Below are positions 39,201 to 51,076 of a stretch of 64,000 nucleotides of DNA, one piece after another; position 1 is the first letter of the stretch; each line of letters opens with the position of its first letter. The stretch comes from Lama guanicoe (taxonomy: Eukaryota). The translations under genes and the position numbers were made by a program. The stretch lies in NCBI GenBank assembly GCA_013239625.1, contig MU053881.1:11793957-11857956 (forward strand). The letters are read 5' to 3'. Under the pieces are notes generated by a model. The model worked only from the letters and a program-made list of their open reading frames with translations. It did not search any database and was not told the DNA's origin.

Positions 39201-39916
39201 TTAACAGTACATGAAATTACAGGGAGGAGGATGTAGTAATGTGCATAGGCAGAGATCACCAGTTGGGAGAGTGTTGCATTGGTCAAAAGTGAAATAACGA
39301 GGCCACCACTGGAGAAGTGGAGATGGGAATAAGAATGAGTGGGCTTGACAGACCTGATAATCTAACTGATGGAGGTAACACCCCCTGAGAAGTAAGGGGA
39401 AAGCTTTTCCTGTTTTCTTTGTAAAAGTCAGTTTTGAGACTTTGATAGAAATGCTGAGACACCATAAAGATCTTGAAGGTGGTAAGGATGGAGACATAGA
39501 TTTTGATGATGATGAGCTAGGAATGTGTGAATAGGTTCAAGTTGAAATGCCTCAGTAACCAAGGTTATTTGTATATTACTAGATTTGAATAGTAAATACT
39601 TAAATATTTACATGATAGATATTTAGATATTTAAACAGAATCTGTCACTGCCTATGTGGTTCCAGTACCCCAAGAAGGAGGTGGTATGAACCACAGAGGC
39701 AGGTAAGTTCTCTGTATAGACTGAAGAATAAAGTTGTTGACAACTGAACTCTGTACATAGATTGAACATGTATCAGGTCAGGAAAAGAAAACATGAGGAA
39801 GGAAGACAGGGAAGGAATGGCTAGGGAGTAGAAGAAGTAATTGTGGTACAATAAAAGCTAAGAGTCAAGGCAGCGTCACAAAAAAATTTGTCCACAATTA
39901 AGAGGAAGGACATCTA

Positions 39917-40689
39917 CCATAAACCATAAATGCTGAAGAGGATGTGGAGAAAAGGGAACCCTCCTATATTGTTGGTGGGAATATAGTTTGGTGCAGCCAT
40001 TATGGAAAACAGTATGGAGATTCCTCAAAAAACTGGAAATAGACTTACTATACAATCCAGCAATCCCACTCCTGGGTGTATATCCAGAGGGAACTCTAAT
40101 TTGAAAAGATGCATATACAGCAGTGTTCATGGCAGCACTGTTTACAACAACCAAGACATGAGAGCACCCTAAATATCCACTGATAGGTGACTGGATAAAG
40201 TAACTGTGATGTATTCATACAATGGAATACTACTCAGAAATAAAAAATAATAAAATAATGCCATTTGTAGCCACATGTATGGACTTGGAGATCATGATTC
40301 TAAGTGAAGTAAGCCAGAAAGAGAAAGAAAAATACAATATGATATCACTTGTGTGGAATCTAAAAAAAAGAGGACCCTAATGAACTCACTACAAAACAGA
40401 AACAGACTCACAGATAGTAAACAGTTTTATGGTTACCGGGGGGGAAAGAGTGGGAAGTGATAAATTGGGAGTTTAAGATTTGCAAATATTAACTACTATA
40501 TATAAAAATAGATAAGGTTTCTTCTGTATAGCACAGGAAACTATATTCAGTGTCTTGTAGTAACCTATAATGAAACAGAATATGAAAATGACTATATGTC
40601 TGACTCAAACTTCATGCTGTACACCAGAAATTGACAGGTTGCAACTAAGTATACTTCAAAAAAAAAAAAAAAAAAAAAAAAAAGAAAAA
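39917..40689 (+). mobile_element. 5'-truncated camelid-type L1 with poly(A)
   Basis: ORF2 C-terminal remnant [33 protein letters not shown]; long A tail from ~40658; TSD GAAGGACATCTA (39905-39916 / 40690-40701). Confidence 0.93.
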
Positions 40690-41434
40690 GAAGGACATCT
40701 AAATATGACCTGGATTTTTAAGATTTTGCATTGAAATACTTATAGAAATAAGAATGCTGAAAAACAGATAGATGGGCTTAATAAATGAGTGGAAGACGAG
40801 AAAATTCAATGGATAATCTCAAGGAATAGTAGTTTCTTTCTGTTTAAAAAAAAAAAGCCAAACTATTAAGTTCTTCAGAAGACCGTATCTTTAGGTCTGG
40901 TCTCCTATATGATAAAAGGACAAAAAGACAAGATCCTGAAAAGTGCTAGGATAAATCAGTGCATAAATTAAAATTTTTGTTTTATTTTGACAAGTCCTCT
41001 GTACAGAAAACAAAACAAAACAAAAATCAGGCAGCCTACCTGTAAAGAATAATTTCAACTTTTTTCCTACTGCTACATATTAAATTTGAGATACGGAACT
41101 ACAGGCCATAACAGAGGAAAAACAAGGTTTGGGTTATATACAGTCTTATTACCTTACCACCCAAAGAAAATATTTCAAAAGCTAGTTAAACAAGAATGAC
41201 ATGATTAAAATCATGAATCTATAGATTCAGGGGGAAAAGTGTATATTACTAAAAAATGCTGATACTTTAGTTATCATTAGTCATTTCTTTAGGAAAAAAC
41301 TGTAACTGCTTTTCCCGAGTAGGTCAGATCCTGTTGTGTGTGCTTTCATAAGGTGATCTGTCACTTCAAAGCTATCATCATAATTTATATTTTAAGAACT
41401 TGTATCAGACTATTATTTGAATAAGATTTTTTTC

Positions 41435-41795
41435 CCCCAGATGAATTGTAAGTATCACGAAAGCAGGATGCTTTTATGTCTAGTTTTGCTCGTCATTGTA
41501 ACTTAGCACCTAACACTGAACACTGTGATTAGCACAGAGCATCTTAACCCTCAGCACTATTGACATTTCAGCTTTGATATTACCTCAAATATCAATGTCA
41601 AACCACAATTTCTTGCTAGTTCTTTGTTGAGGGGTAAGATGGGGAACTGTCCTTCAGCATCCCTGAGTTGTAATGAGTAGAGTATAAAAACAAAAATTGT
41701 CTCTAACACTGCCAGATGTCCCTGAGAGCAGGCACAAAATTGGCCCTGATGAGAGTCACAGGGCTAGCACACAGTAGGCAGTCAATAATTGTTGC
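41435..41795 (+). mobile_element. L2 3' end interrupted by MER20
   Basis: GAATTGTAAGTATCACGAAAGCAGGA...TTAGCAC [MER20] CTAGCACACAGTAGGCAGTCAATAA. Confidence 0.65.
41535..41761. mobile_element. MER20 hAT-Charlie MITE
   Basis: GCACTATTGACATTT...CAGCATCCCTG...ACACTGCCAGATGTCCC; 8-bp TSD GATTAGCA (41527-41534) / GGCTAGCA (41762-41769). Confidence 0.8.
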
Positions 41796-43234
41796 AGGAA
41801 TAATTAGCAAATTATCACCACTTCACTATCAAACAAAGCCTGCACTGAGAACCAAAGTCCTACAGAGTGACCTTAGATATAAGGCATATTCTTTACTTCT
41901 GTCCCATAGCTGCATCCTGTCTCCCCATAAAATAAGATTGATACTCTCCTACTTCTATCTTATAAAATGAAGATTCTGTTTCTTCATTTTAGCTTTACTC
42001 TTAGTTGAACTTGTCTGTTTAAAACTTTGATTCTTGCCACCCACAGAGGATTAGGAAATCTTGAGAAATGTAGTTGAGGAAATGTAGTTAACTGAATTTG
42101 TTTAAAGACCCAGGATGTAAATGAATTTCTATATAACCTGAGTTGTAACTTTAGTGATGGAATCAATCTGACCCAGGAAATACTCTCATTCATTATGTGT
42201 TGGAGTAAAACTCCCTTCTGAGCCAGAGAAAATTAAGATAAAGCATATCTTGTTTGGCTCTTTCCTTAAAAGTCTATTTCTTTAAAATTGCAGCTGTTAC
42301 TTGGCTACAAACTTCTAGCTGAGCAGAAGGTCACTTACTCGTTCATTTGTTTAGCACATGGACTGCAGTCCTCTATAACAGCTGTTGGCACATCTGGGAA
42401 CATTCACAGCCTCAGTTTCTTCTGCTGATAAATTCTGAGTTATTCTTTTTAAACTATTGTATTTTATGGGTCATGGTGGGGAAACAGTAATATTACTTAC
42501 CAAGCCCTACTTTTTGTAAGCAACTGTGCTATGGAAAATATCAATTATTAAGTACTTCTCAGCTGACAAGAAATTAACATAGATAATATTCTCACACTTG
42601 TACCTAATTGTACACATTCAAGGCACTTTCTAACTTTCCTTTTACCCTCACAATAATCCTCTGAGGTAGCCAAAGTAGATTTTGTTTAACTGCATTTTAC
42701 AAATAAATAAGCAGGATCACTTTAATCCACTCAGACCACCTTAATATGTGAAGAACTTCATGACTGTGAACTTGTTTTTTTAGATTGGATTTTTGTCCGC
42801 TGTGAAATTAAATTTCGCACTTCCTATAGGAGTTAAAAGTCAACTAGTTGACTTTCAAAGTTGTTTAGATGTTTTATCCTTTTTTTTTTAACGTATCATT
42901 GAAAAATTAGAGGAAAGAACAGACTGGCTATACTTGGTATGTCTCTGCCAAGACAACAGATGTGTACCAAAATCCAACTTGAAGAGTTTCAGAAAACCTT
43001 ACAGAGAACTACTCTGTGCACAAAATGTGTTTTTTTTTTCCTTCTCTATCTTACTTGGATGCATATGCAGTACTCTGACGTGTACAGATTTAAGTACCAT
43101 TAAATTATTAGTAGGTTTTTCTTAGGGAATTGGGAAACATACATGCTTTATTTAAGACAGGTCCAAAAGATGCACTTTACCTGAAAACTGTGTTTTGTCT
43201 GAATGGAATCTAATTAAATAGAGGTAGCTCAAGT

Positions 43235-43590
43235 CTTTTTTTTTTTTAACTTATTTTATTGAGTTATAGTCATTTTACAGTGTTGTATCAAATTCCAGTA
43301 TAGAGCACAATTTTTCAGTTATCCATGAACATACATACATTGATTGTCACATTCTCTTTCGCTGTGAGCCACCACAAGATCCTGTATATATTTCCCTGTG
43401 CTACACAGTACAATCTTGTTTATCTATTCTACATTTTGAAATCCCAGTCTGCCCCTTCCCACCTACCGTCCCCCTGGCAACCACAAGTTTGTATTCTATG
43501 TCTGTGAGTCTGTTTCTGTTTTGTATTTATGTTTTTTTTTTTTTTAGATTCCGCATATGAGCGATCTCATACGGTATCTTTCTCTTTTAT
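43235..43590 (-). mobile_element. Camelid-type L1 3' end
   Basis: T tail, then TTATTGAGTTATAGTCATTTTACAGTGTTGTATCAAATTCCAG; similar to 30585-30903. Confidence 0.88.
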
Positions 43591-43618
43591 CATTCTTGAA
43601 CTATAGTCCAGAACACTC

Positions 43619-44068
43619 TGTGGCAGCCCCAGGCCTATTTGCCCTCAGACCCATTCCTTGCCTTTGCTATCCTCCTCATTGGCAGGGGAGCTGATCCTTG
43701 CAGCATATGCTTTCCAGGCTCCTCTGACAACTGCTTCCATCTGGGTATGGCCAGTGGGAGACACTGATGGCAGATTGGAAAGATGGAGAAAGGGGGAAAC
43801 CTGAGTGTGCAACCAACTGCCTCTCTCTGCACTGGGCAGCCTCAGCAGCCACTGGACAGGCCACATCTAGGTTTTAGTCACACAGTCCCCTCCCTCTGTC
43901 CCTGCAGCCCTGGGGTAGTGATGCCTTCAATGTTGAAGAACATGTGTGATTATCCAGCCACTCCCCGTTGAGCCTCTCAGCCACTCCACACATCTATAAC
44001 AATCTTTCCATTAAATTCCATCTCTTCTGAAAACTGACAGTGACTTCTAGTTTGGACCTCGACTAATA
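43619..44068 (+). mobile_element. ERVL solo LTR, LTR33-like
   Basis: TGTGGCAG start, GGGTATGGCCAGTGGGAGACACTGATGGCAGATTGG core, ATTAAA near 44010, end GACTAATAG. Confidence 0.7.
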
Positions 44069-44984
44069 GTGATTTTCATTGCTTTGGTTTGCTTTGGGAA
44101 GAGAACAGGGTAACAATGTCTTTCAGAAGCTTTTTAGCCAGCAACTTTTCTGAGCTGACAGAATTAGCAATTTCTGAATGTGTCCAGGTCAATATTGGCT
44201 TGAGGGCCAGTGTTAAAGGAAGAAGGACTATCTGGAATTAGAAGAGAAGATACTGCAAAATTGGAAGAAAATCTATGATAATTAGGAAGAGCATATATGC
44301 TCCCTAAATAGTGGCCTCTGCTTTGTCTGCCTTAAGTTTTGTTTTTGTTTTTTGGGGTTTTTTGCTTTTAATGAGAGAAAAAAAGATTGATAGAGAAGAA
44401 CCATTTATGACAACAAATGTAAATAAACTTTCGCCCAAAAAGTTAAAATTCAATTGTGTTATCTACTAGAATTACAGAAAAAAAAATCTGCAAAGGATTA
44501 AGTGCAATTATCTTAATGTAAATTACTAAAAGCCACTAATGCCCTATGCATCAGGGGATAGAAGGGCAAACATCCCTTCAAAAACTGTCCTCCATGAGGT
44601 AGAGAAGGCAATCTGAGGTTACAGGTTAAAGAGTCCTCAGGTTCATATCTTGGCCAGGAAGTTGGCTGCCTCATGACAGTAGTGTGCAAGTTCTAAGTGA
44701 ATGATATGTGTTATGTTTCCAAGGTGGAAGAACTAAGAAAAACAGAAGACAAATCTCTGTCCTGAGTATAGAATTCAATCCTGTTCTCTAGGGCTATTAC
44801 TATTCTCAGAAATTCTAAACCAGACCCTACCTTTGAAAGGAAACCTCTAGTAACTACCTTCCTTATCTGCCTCATCTCTGAACTCCCCTCCCTAAAATGG
44901 AAATATAAAAGCAGCCACTGCTTTATAGAGCTTCAGAACATTTTAGGAATAGCCTACTTCCCTATCGTGGGTCCACTTCTGTTC

Positions 44985-45575
44985 TCTATTTATAAATTTT
45001 CATTCCATCTGATGATCCTAAATGTGATCTATATGCCAATGACTCCCAAATGTGTATCACGTGCATTGACCTCATCCTGAGATTTCATACTCTTACTTCC
45101 AGTGGTTCAGCATTTTGACATGGCCTACAAGTGCACTTGGCCCCAACTTCTCAGCTGCATGCAAGCCTTCCCTGATCTTACCTCATCATGCTTCTTTCTC
45201 ACCTACTGCATTCTAGCCAGATGCACCTTCTCATTCCCTTTTCACTACTTGAGGACCAGCCATTCCTTCTGCCTTCAGAATGTTCTCCACTGATCTTCAC
45301 AGGCTTCTGTCCATTCAAATCCCAGCTCAGATGGCACTGCCTCTAAGAGGTCTTCTCTGATGACTCAGTTAAAATTATCTAACTTTCTTATTTCATTCCA
45401 CTAAATAATGCTTAAACCTCTTTAAAAGTATTTGTTTATTTTGTGCTCCTTCCCTATTATGACCTAGGCACCATTAGAGCTGGGATCTACTCTGTCTTAT
45501 TCCCCACTGTGATTTTAGGACTTAGAACAGATCCCTTCACATAATGTGTCATCATATATTGGCTGAATGAATGAG
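44985..45575 (+). mobile_element. L2 LINE fragments
   Basis: ATATGCCAATGACTCCCAAATGTGTATC (L2 RT YADD-derived) through to the 3' end GGCTGAATGAATGA. Confidence 0.75.
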
Positions 45576-46574
45576 TACATTCTACTGTAGGGGCGTCCAA
45601 AACCAAATCAGTGTCATTACGGGCTGGAAGTTAGTCAGAGGGTATGGTGTCTCCCTCCCTCTCCTTGCCTCTGAATACCAGCCTTCTTTTGGTCTTGAAA
45701 ATCTTAGTATTGAGAACAGTCTGGAGAGATTTCTGGTGTTGTAGAACAGATTTCCAACTAGGCTGATCTGTGTTCTAGACTGAACTGTTCTCTAGGAAAA
45801 AAATATGTACAACTCTTACTCCTTTGAGTTTTAAACAACTTATAGTTCAGATACACTTTTGTCCTAATGGCCACATTAACTAACAGAAACCTTCCAGTGT
45901 ATTTGCCCTCTCTCTGGTCCTGAGACTGTCGATTATTATTATCTGCATTGCAGATGTGTGTAGAGTAATGGTCTCATGGGCACGAAATGTTTCCAGGTAT
46001 AATGTACACAACCAAAAAGCAGTGCTGTTTAATGAATAAGAATGTGATAAACTGTGCCATTCAGAAAACGTGAACAGAGAAAGCAATCTAGGTTTTAAAA
46101 ATTCATTGGGTTACATCTTGTTTTCCCAACATTAAATCTCATTGCCTAGCAGATTTTAATAAATGTTTTCATTGAATTAACTTTAAGATATGTTAGTTTC
46201 TACATTTAAAAAATAAACTATCCTTAAACATTATTAGCTCATTTACTTATTTGGGCCTTACATTTTATGCTACATGGAAAAACACTCTACATAGAATTTT
46301 CCTGTAATGTCCTATTATAAGAAAGTAAATTCATTGTATTAATTCAATATAAAATATTCCTTCCCTGCACCCCTTATATATTGTATGGTGTTAGTAGTTT
46401 GCATCCTGAAATTCATGCAGTATTTCTTAATTAATATTGATATTGGGTATTTTTCTTTATTTCATAATACTTTTATTCTGAAAGGAACCATAAACTGTTC
46501 TCCCATCAAGTTCAGAGCCTTAGTGTCAAAATTGAAGTATCTTATTTACCAAATTCAGATTGATGTCTCTCCTA

Positions 46575-46915
46575 TATGCGTCCTCTTCCGGAAGAAGGGG
46601 ATTACAAGAGTGTGTGTCTACATGCTTTGGAAAAGCGTGTGTAGAGTTAATATAATTTATTTGTTAAATGTTTGGTAAAGCCATCTGGTTGTGGAGTTTT
46701 CTTTTGGAGAAAAATTTTTATCACAAATTTAATTTCTTGAATATATATGGACTTACCTGTTTTTTCCTAAGAGAACTTTGGTAGTTTATATCTTTGAGGG
46801 AATTTATTTTATGCAAATTGCTAAAATTTACATAAAATTGTTCATAGTATTATCTTTTTAATATATGTAGTATGAATAGTGAAAACACTTATTCTTGATG
46901 TTGGTTATTTGTGAA
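46575..46915 (-). mobile_element. Old L1 ORF2 fragment
   Basis: TTAAATGTTTGGTAAAGCCATCTGGTTGTGGAGTTTTCTTTTGGAG, similar to 1740-1800. Confidence 0.6.
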
Positions 46916-48299
46916 AACTAATTTATATTCTAAATTTGAGGTTGCAAGATAAACAATTCAGTGAAAGTCTAAAATAATTCATAATTCTTGTGCAAGGCTA
47001 AAACTTTTCTTAGCTTAAATGTGTTTTTCAGTAATGAAAATTTTAACAAAATCTCAAAGCACCCAAATTTTAGTACAGATTTCCCAATTTATGAATGAGA
47101 GGGCTGAGATGCAGAACCAAGGGCTTAAACAAGTCAAGGTACATAATTGATGGAACATCTATATTTGAAACTATCCCAATTCTATGTCCTAATATTAAAT
47201 CACACTTAGGAAATTTTTAGCCAAGTATGCTTTGTTAAATTAGAAATTTGATATATTCCTCAGGGGTTATTAATGCAATTATATTTCTTGTTCAAAAATA
47301 TTTTGTAATCATATAAATATCTCCTTACTTGAAACTTAGGTAAAAACATAGAAACATTTTCTAATTATTGCCTTCTGTCTCTCTCTCTTATTCTCTCTCT
47401 CTCTGTTTTTGTGAACACTATGATTCTTCTGGTCTTTGCAGCCACCTGCCCATCTCTTGATGCTTGTAATGTGGCAATTAACCAGCAGCTTCTTAATGAC
47501 CTAATTAAACCATAATGATTGAGGTACAAGGCACTTCCTGGGGATTAATGGCCAACTGAGATGAGTTGATGGCCCATGGCATAGCTGAGACCCATTAACC
47601 CCAACCAGCCATTAATCCTGTGAAAACACTATGTACAGAGATTATTATTATAAACTAGAAATGAAAACAATGAAGTATGGTATATTTACATGTAATGGAA
47701 TTATACTTGCTAAATATAGCACCTTAATAAAGGATAAATGTTTGGATTGCTCCAAAATAATCATTCAACCTTTAGAACTTACTGTCAACACTATACAAAT
47801 GTTTAATGAATTAAAGAAGCACTTCTTGAGTAACTTCAGTTGCAAATTACAGAAGACAGATGGATCTAGGTTAAGTCAACCAGAAGAAAGTTGTACTTTC
47901 TAAGACCTGAGGTCAGAAAGCAGTTGGGTTCAGAAACGAGGGGAAATGGAATTTAGAAAGATATGTGGAATCCAAACAATTCTCTGTATCTCTCTCCCAT
48001 CTCTCCCTCTCTCTAAATATGTATCTTGTCCTCTCCCTCCGCAAATTAGTTTCCTTTGTTTCAAAGACTTATGAAGAAATAAGGCTCACACAGTGCCTTT
48101 GGTATCATTTCTCATATTCAGTCACTCAAAGAGATGGTTTCTCTTTCTAAATTCCAAATACATGTTCCTAAATTAAGGAATCTGGCCAATATTGGGTCAG
48201 GGAACTAATTAGGGTTTAACGATGGTTGTATGTGTCATATGTGTGTGTGTCTACCTTGTTAAAAAAATGGCAAATAATCCCACAAAAAATGCAGACTGT

Positions 48300-48970
48300 C
48301 CTTTGTCACTAGAGAAACACAAAACTACAATGAGATATGACTACATACCTATTAGGATAGTTTAAAAAGATTAACTATACCAAGTATTGGCAAGGGTAAG
48401 GAGAAACTGGAACCCTCATAAACTGTTGGTGGGATTTAAAAGGCTAAAATCACTTTGAAGAACAGTTTTCATGGCTTCCTAAATAGTTAGAAATACCCTT
48501 ACCATATGATACAGCCATTCGACTTCTAGGTATTCACCCCCTAAAATGAAAACATATGTCCACATAAAGACTTGTCCATGAATGTTCATAATAGATTCAT
48601 TTGGAAGAATCACTGTATGAAAGCAATCCAAATATCCATCAACATGAAGCAACATATATGAATATCAAAATAATTACACTGAGGAAAACAAGCTAAACCA
48701 AGAGTACTCATTGTATAATTCTGTTAACATAAAATTCAGAAAAATACAGATTAATTTATAGTAACAGAAAATAGATCAGTGATTTTGTGAGTTGAGAGGT
48801 GGGAGGGAGAGATTACAGAGAGGAATGAGGAAACCTTACAGTTTATTATGTTACTATCTTGATTGTGGTTATGGTTTCATTGGTGTATTCTTAATGTCTT
48901 AACTTGTCAAGTAGTACACACCAAATATGTACAGTTTATTGTAAGTCAAGTATACTTTAATAAAGCTATT
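48300..48970 (+). mobile_element. Old L1 (L1ME/L1MC-type) ORF2 end and 3'UTR
   Basis: AAAACTACAATGAGATATGACTACATACCTATTAG...TTACCATATGATACAGCCATTC...TTTAATAAAGCT. Confidence 0.8.
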
Positions 48971-50897
48971 TCAGAAATGGCTATTCTTTGCCTATCTCAG
49001 AGGCAGAGACAGTAATGACAGAATAAGGACTTGTTAAGTGATCAGTTGTCCCTCAACCTTTTATGTGCAGGATATTTAAGGACCGATAAAGTGAGTTAAA
49101 GCACAGTTCTTACTTGTAAGGACTTGCCTACATCTTACTTGTAAAGCATTTATAATCTGCCTATTAAAGGGCATAAGATGATTTTTTTAAAAATAAAACT
49201 TGAGAAGATAATTCAGAATATTATATATTAAGGGAGATATAGCTGGAAACTGTTTTAAAGCAGGGAGATACCATTTGCAATTGAAGATTTAAGAAAAGAC
49301 TGAATAAAAGAGTGGTATTTGAAGTGAGACTGAGAACATACAGAATTCTAGTGAGCACAGGATGCTTAGATCAGCGAGAGCAGGAACTCAGAGGCAAGAA
49401 AATTTGGTGTGTTATTAAAAAACACTAAAAAATCCAATTTTGCTGTAGCATAGCATGTGAGCTGGGGAGCACTAATAGAAAAAGGCAGAAAGGTGAGTTG
49501 GAGATGATATTGTTCAAGCTCTTAAGTATAGCAGTTAGGATTACATTTAATGTGGGGTTTCCATTTCCAAGTAAGATGTAATAGGTTGAAGCAGTCATTT
49601 CAACTGAAAGAAGTGGATGAATTATAAAAAATTATACTTCTTAAAACATTGTAGAGTTGTGGAACCAAATAAGACTATATGAATTAAATTCTAGAGAGAG
49701 AGAAGCTTTCCTTGGTGAGTTGAGGTTATCAACTGAATTTTTTTCCCCTGGAGGAATATGCCGAGGCTGAAGATCCCCAGTTAAGAGGCAGAAGGACTCT
49801 AATAGGAAAAGGGAAACCAGAAGAGCTTTGGGGACGTATTGTCTGGTATGACAGATTGAAATCTAGAGAAGCCCCAAATGTGCAGCTGGTTTTTCTAATA
49901 GGAGATGTGCTGCGTGCTATGGTAGTAGAGAAAGTTGGGAACTTTAGGAGGACACAGTGAAATAGTATCCAGGCTTCTAGTTCTCTGGCATCAAAGTTAC
50001 TCTCAAGGAAGGGGTTTGTAAAAAATACATTGAAGCTCTCTTTGCCAGAGCCAAACTCTGCAGCAGCGGATACGTTGGCTAGGGCGAGCCCTGCCTCTCT
50101 TCTCCTGAGAATGGGCCAGCAGTGGTGCCGCGGGTCTTCGGAGACAAAGGCTACAGCCCAGCTGTGCTGCGCCCCTCCCTCCAGCGCACACCAGCTTGCT
50201 TTCTTTCTTTCTTTTTTTTATGGAGGACCCAGGCTATTCTGTTCTGTATACATTCCTCTCTTCCTTTAATCTTTTGTACTTCGTCTGACCTACTTCATAA
50301 ACTAGGTGTAAATTTATTTTTTTTAATAATAGTTTGATTCTTGATCTGTCCTAATTAGCAAGGAGAACATTAGCTTTCTCTGTTTAGACCTCATTTCACT
50401 TCCCTAACTATCCAGAAATCCTGAGAATTCACCCCCGCCCAAAGGAGAGAAGGGCTAGACATGCTTCAGAGTGAGAGGACAAGAAAAGTAATCATTTTAC
50501 TACTGATGTGAGTCCTGAGGGGAATCCAACATCAGCCACTCTCAGCTACAGATTCTGAGATTCTTGCTGTATGCCCAGATTACCAAACCCTTTTCCTTGT
50601 CGTAGGTATTTTTTACTTAGGGGTCTCTCTGTCCTTGCCTGGTACAAATCCTTGGTGAGGTCAGACCATTCGCATACAGAGAAGTTTCTCCAAGTTTGAA
50701 TTTCATCCTTTTTCTCGTAATATCTCTTTTGGGTTATGCAAATTGTATTGCTCCTCCTTGCCCCTCAGCAGTCATCATTAACAGCAGCCTCAAAACAAAG
50801 AGTTCTGCCACAACCTAATTCCAAGACTGCAAGAACTTGCTCCTGCCTTGTTCACTTCAGCATTCAGAACCCACATTCTTTAATGAGGGGTTAAACT

Positions 50898-51076
50898 ACT
50901 GTTCTCAGTGACCCATGAAACACCTGCATTAGAAGTACCTGGGGTGCTTATTTAAACAGCAGATTCTTGGATCTCATCCCAGGTCTACTATATCATGGTT
51001 TCTTGAGCTGGGTCCTAGCGTTTCTTCACTTTCAGTCAGCTCTACGATTCTTATGTCTAAAGTTGGAGAACAGCTG
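50898..51076. mobile_element. MER5A hAT-Charlie MITE
   Basis: GCATTAGAAGTACCTGGGGTGCTTATTTAAACAGCAGATTCTTGG...AAAGTTGGAGAACAGCTG. Confidence 0.7.

Noticed and set aside
50114..50131. GGCCAGCAGTGGTGCCGC as a CTCF site
   Set aside because: Mismatches at several core positions of the GGC end of the motif.
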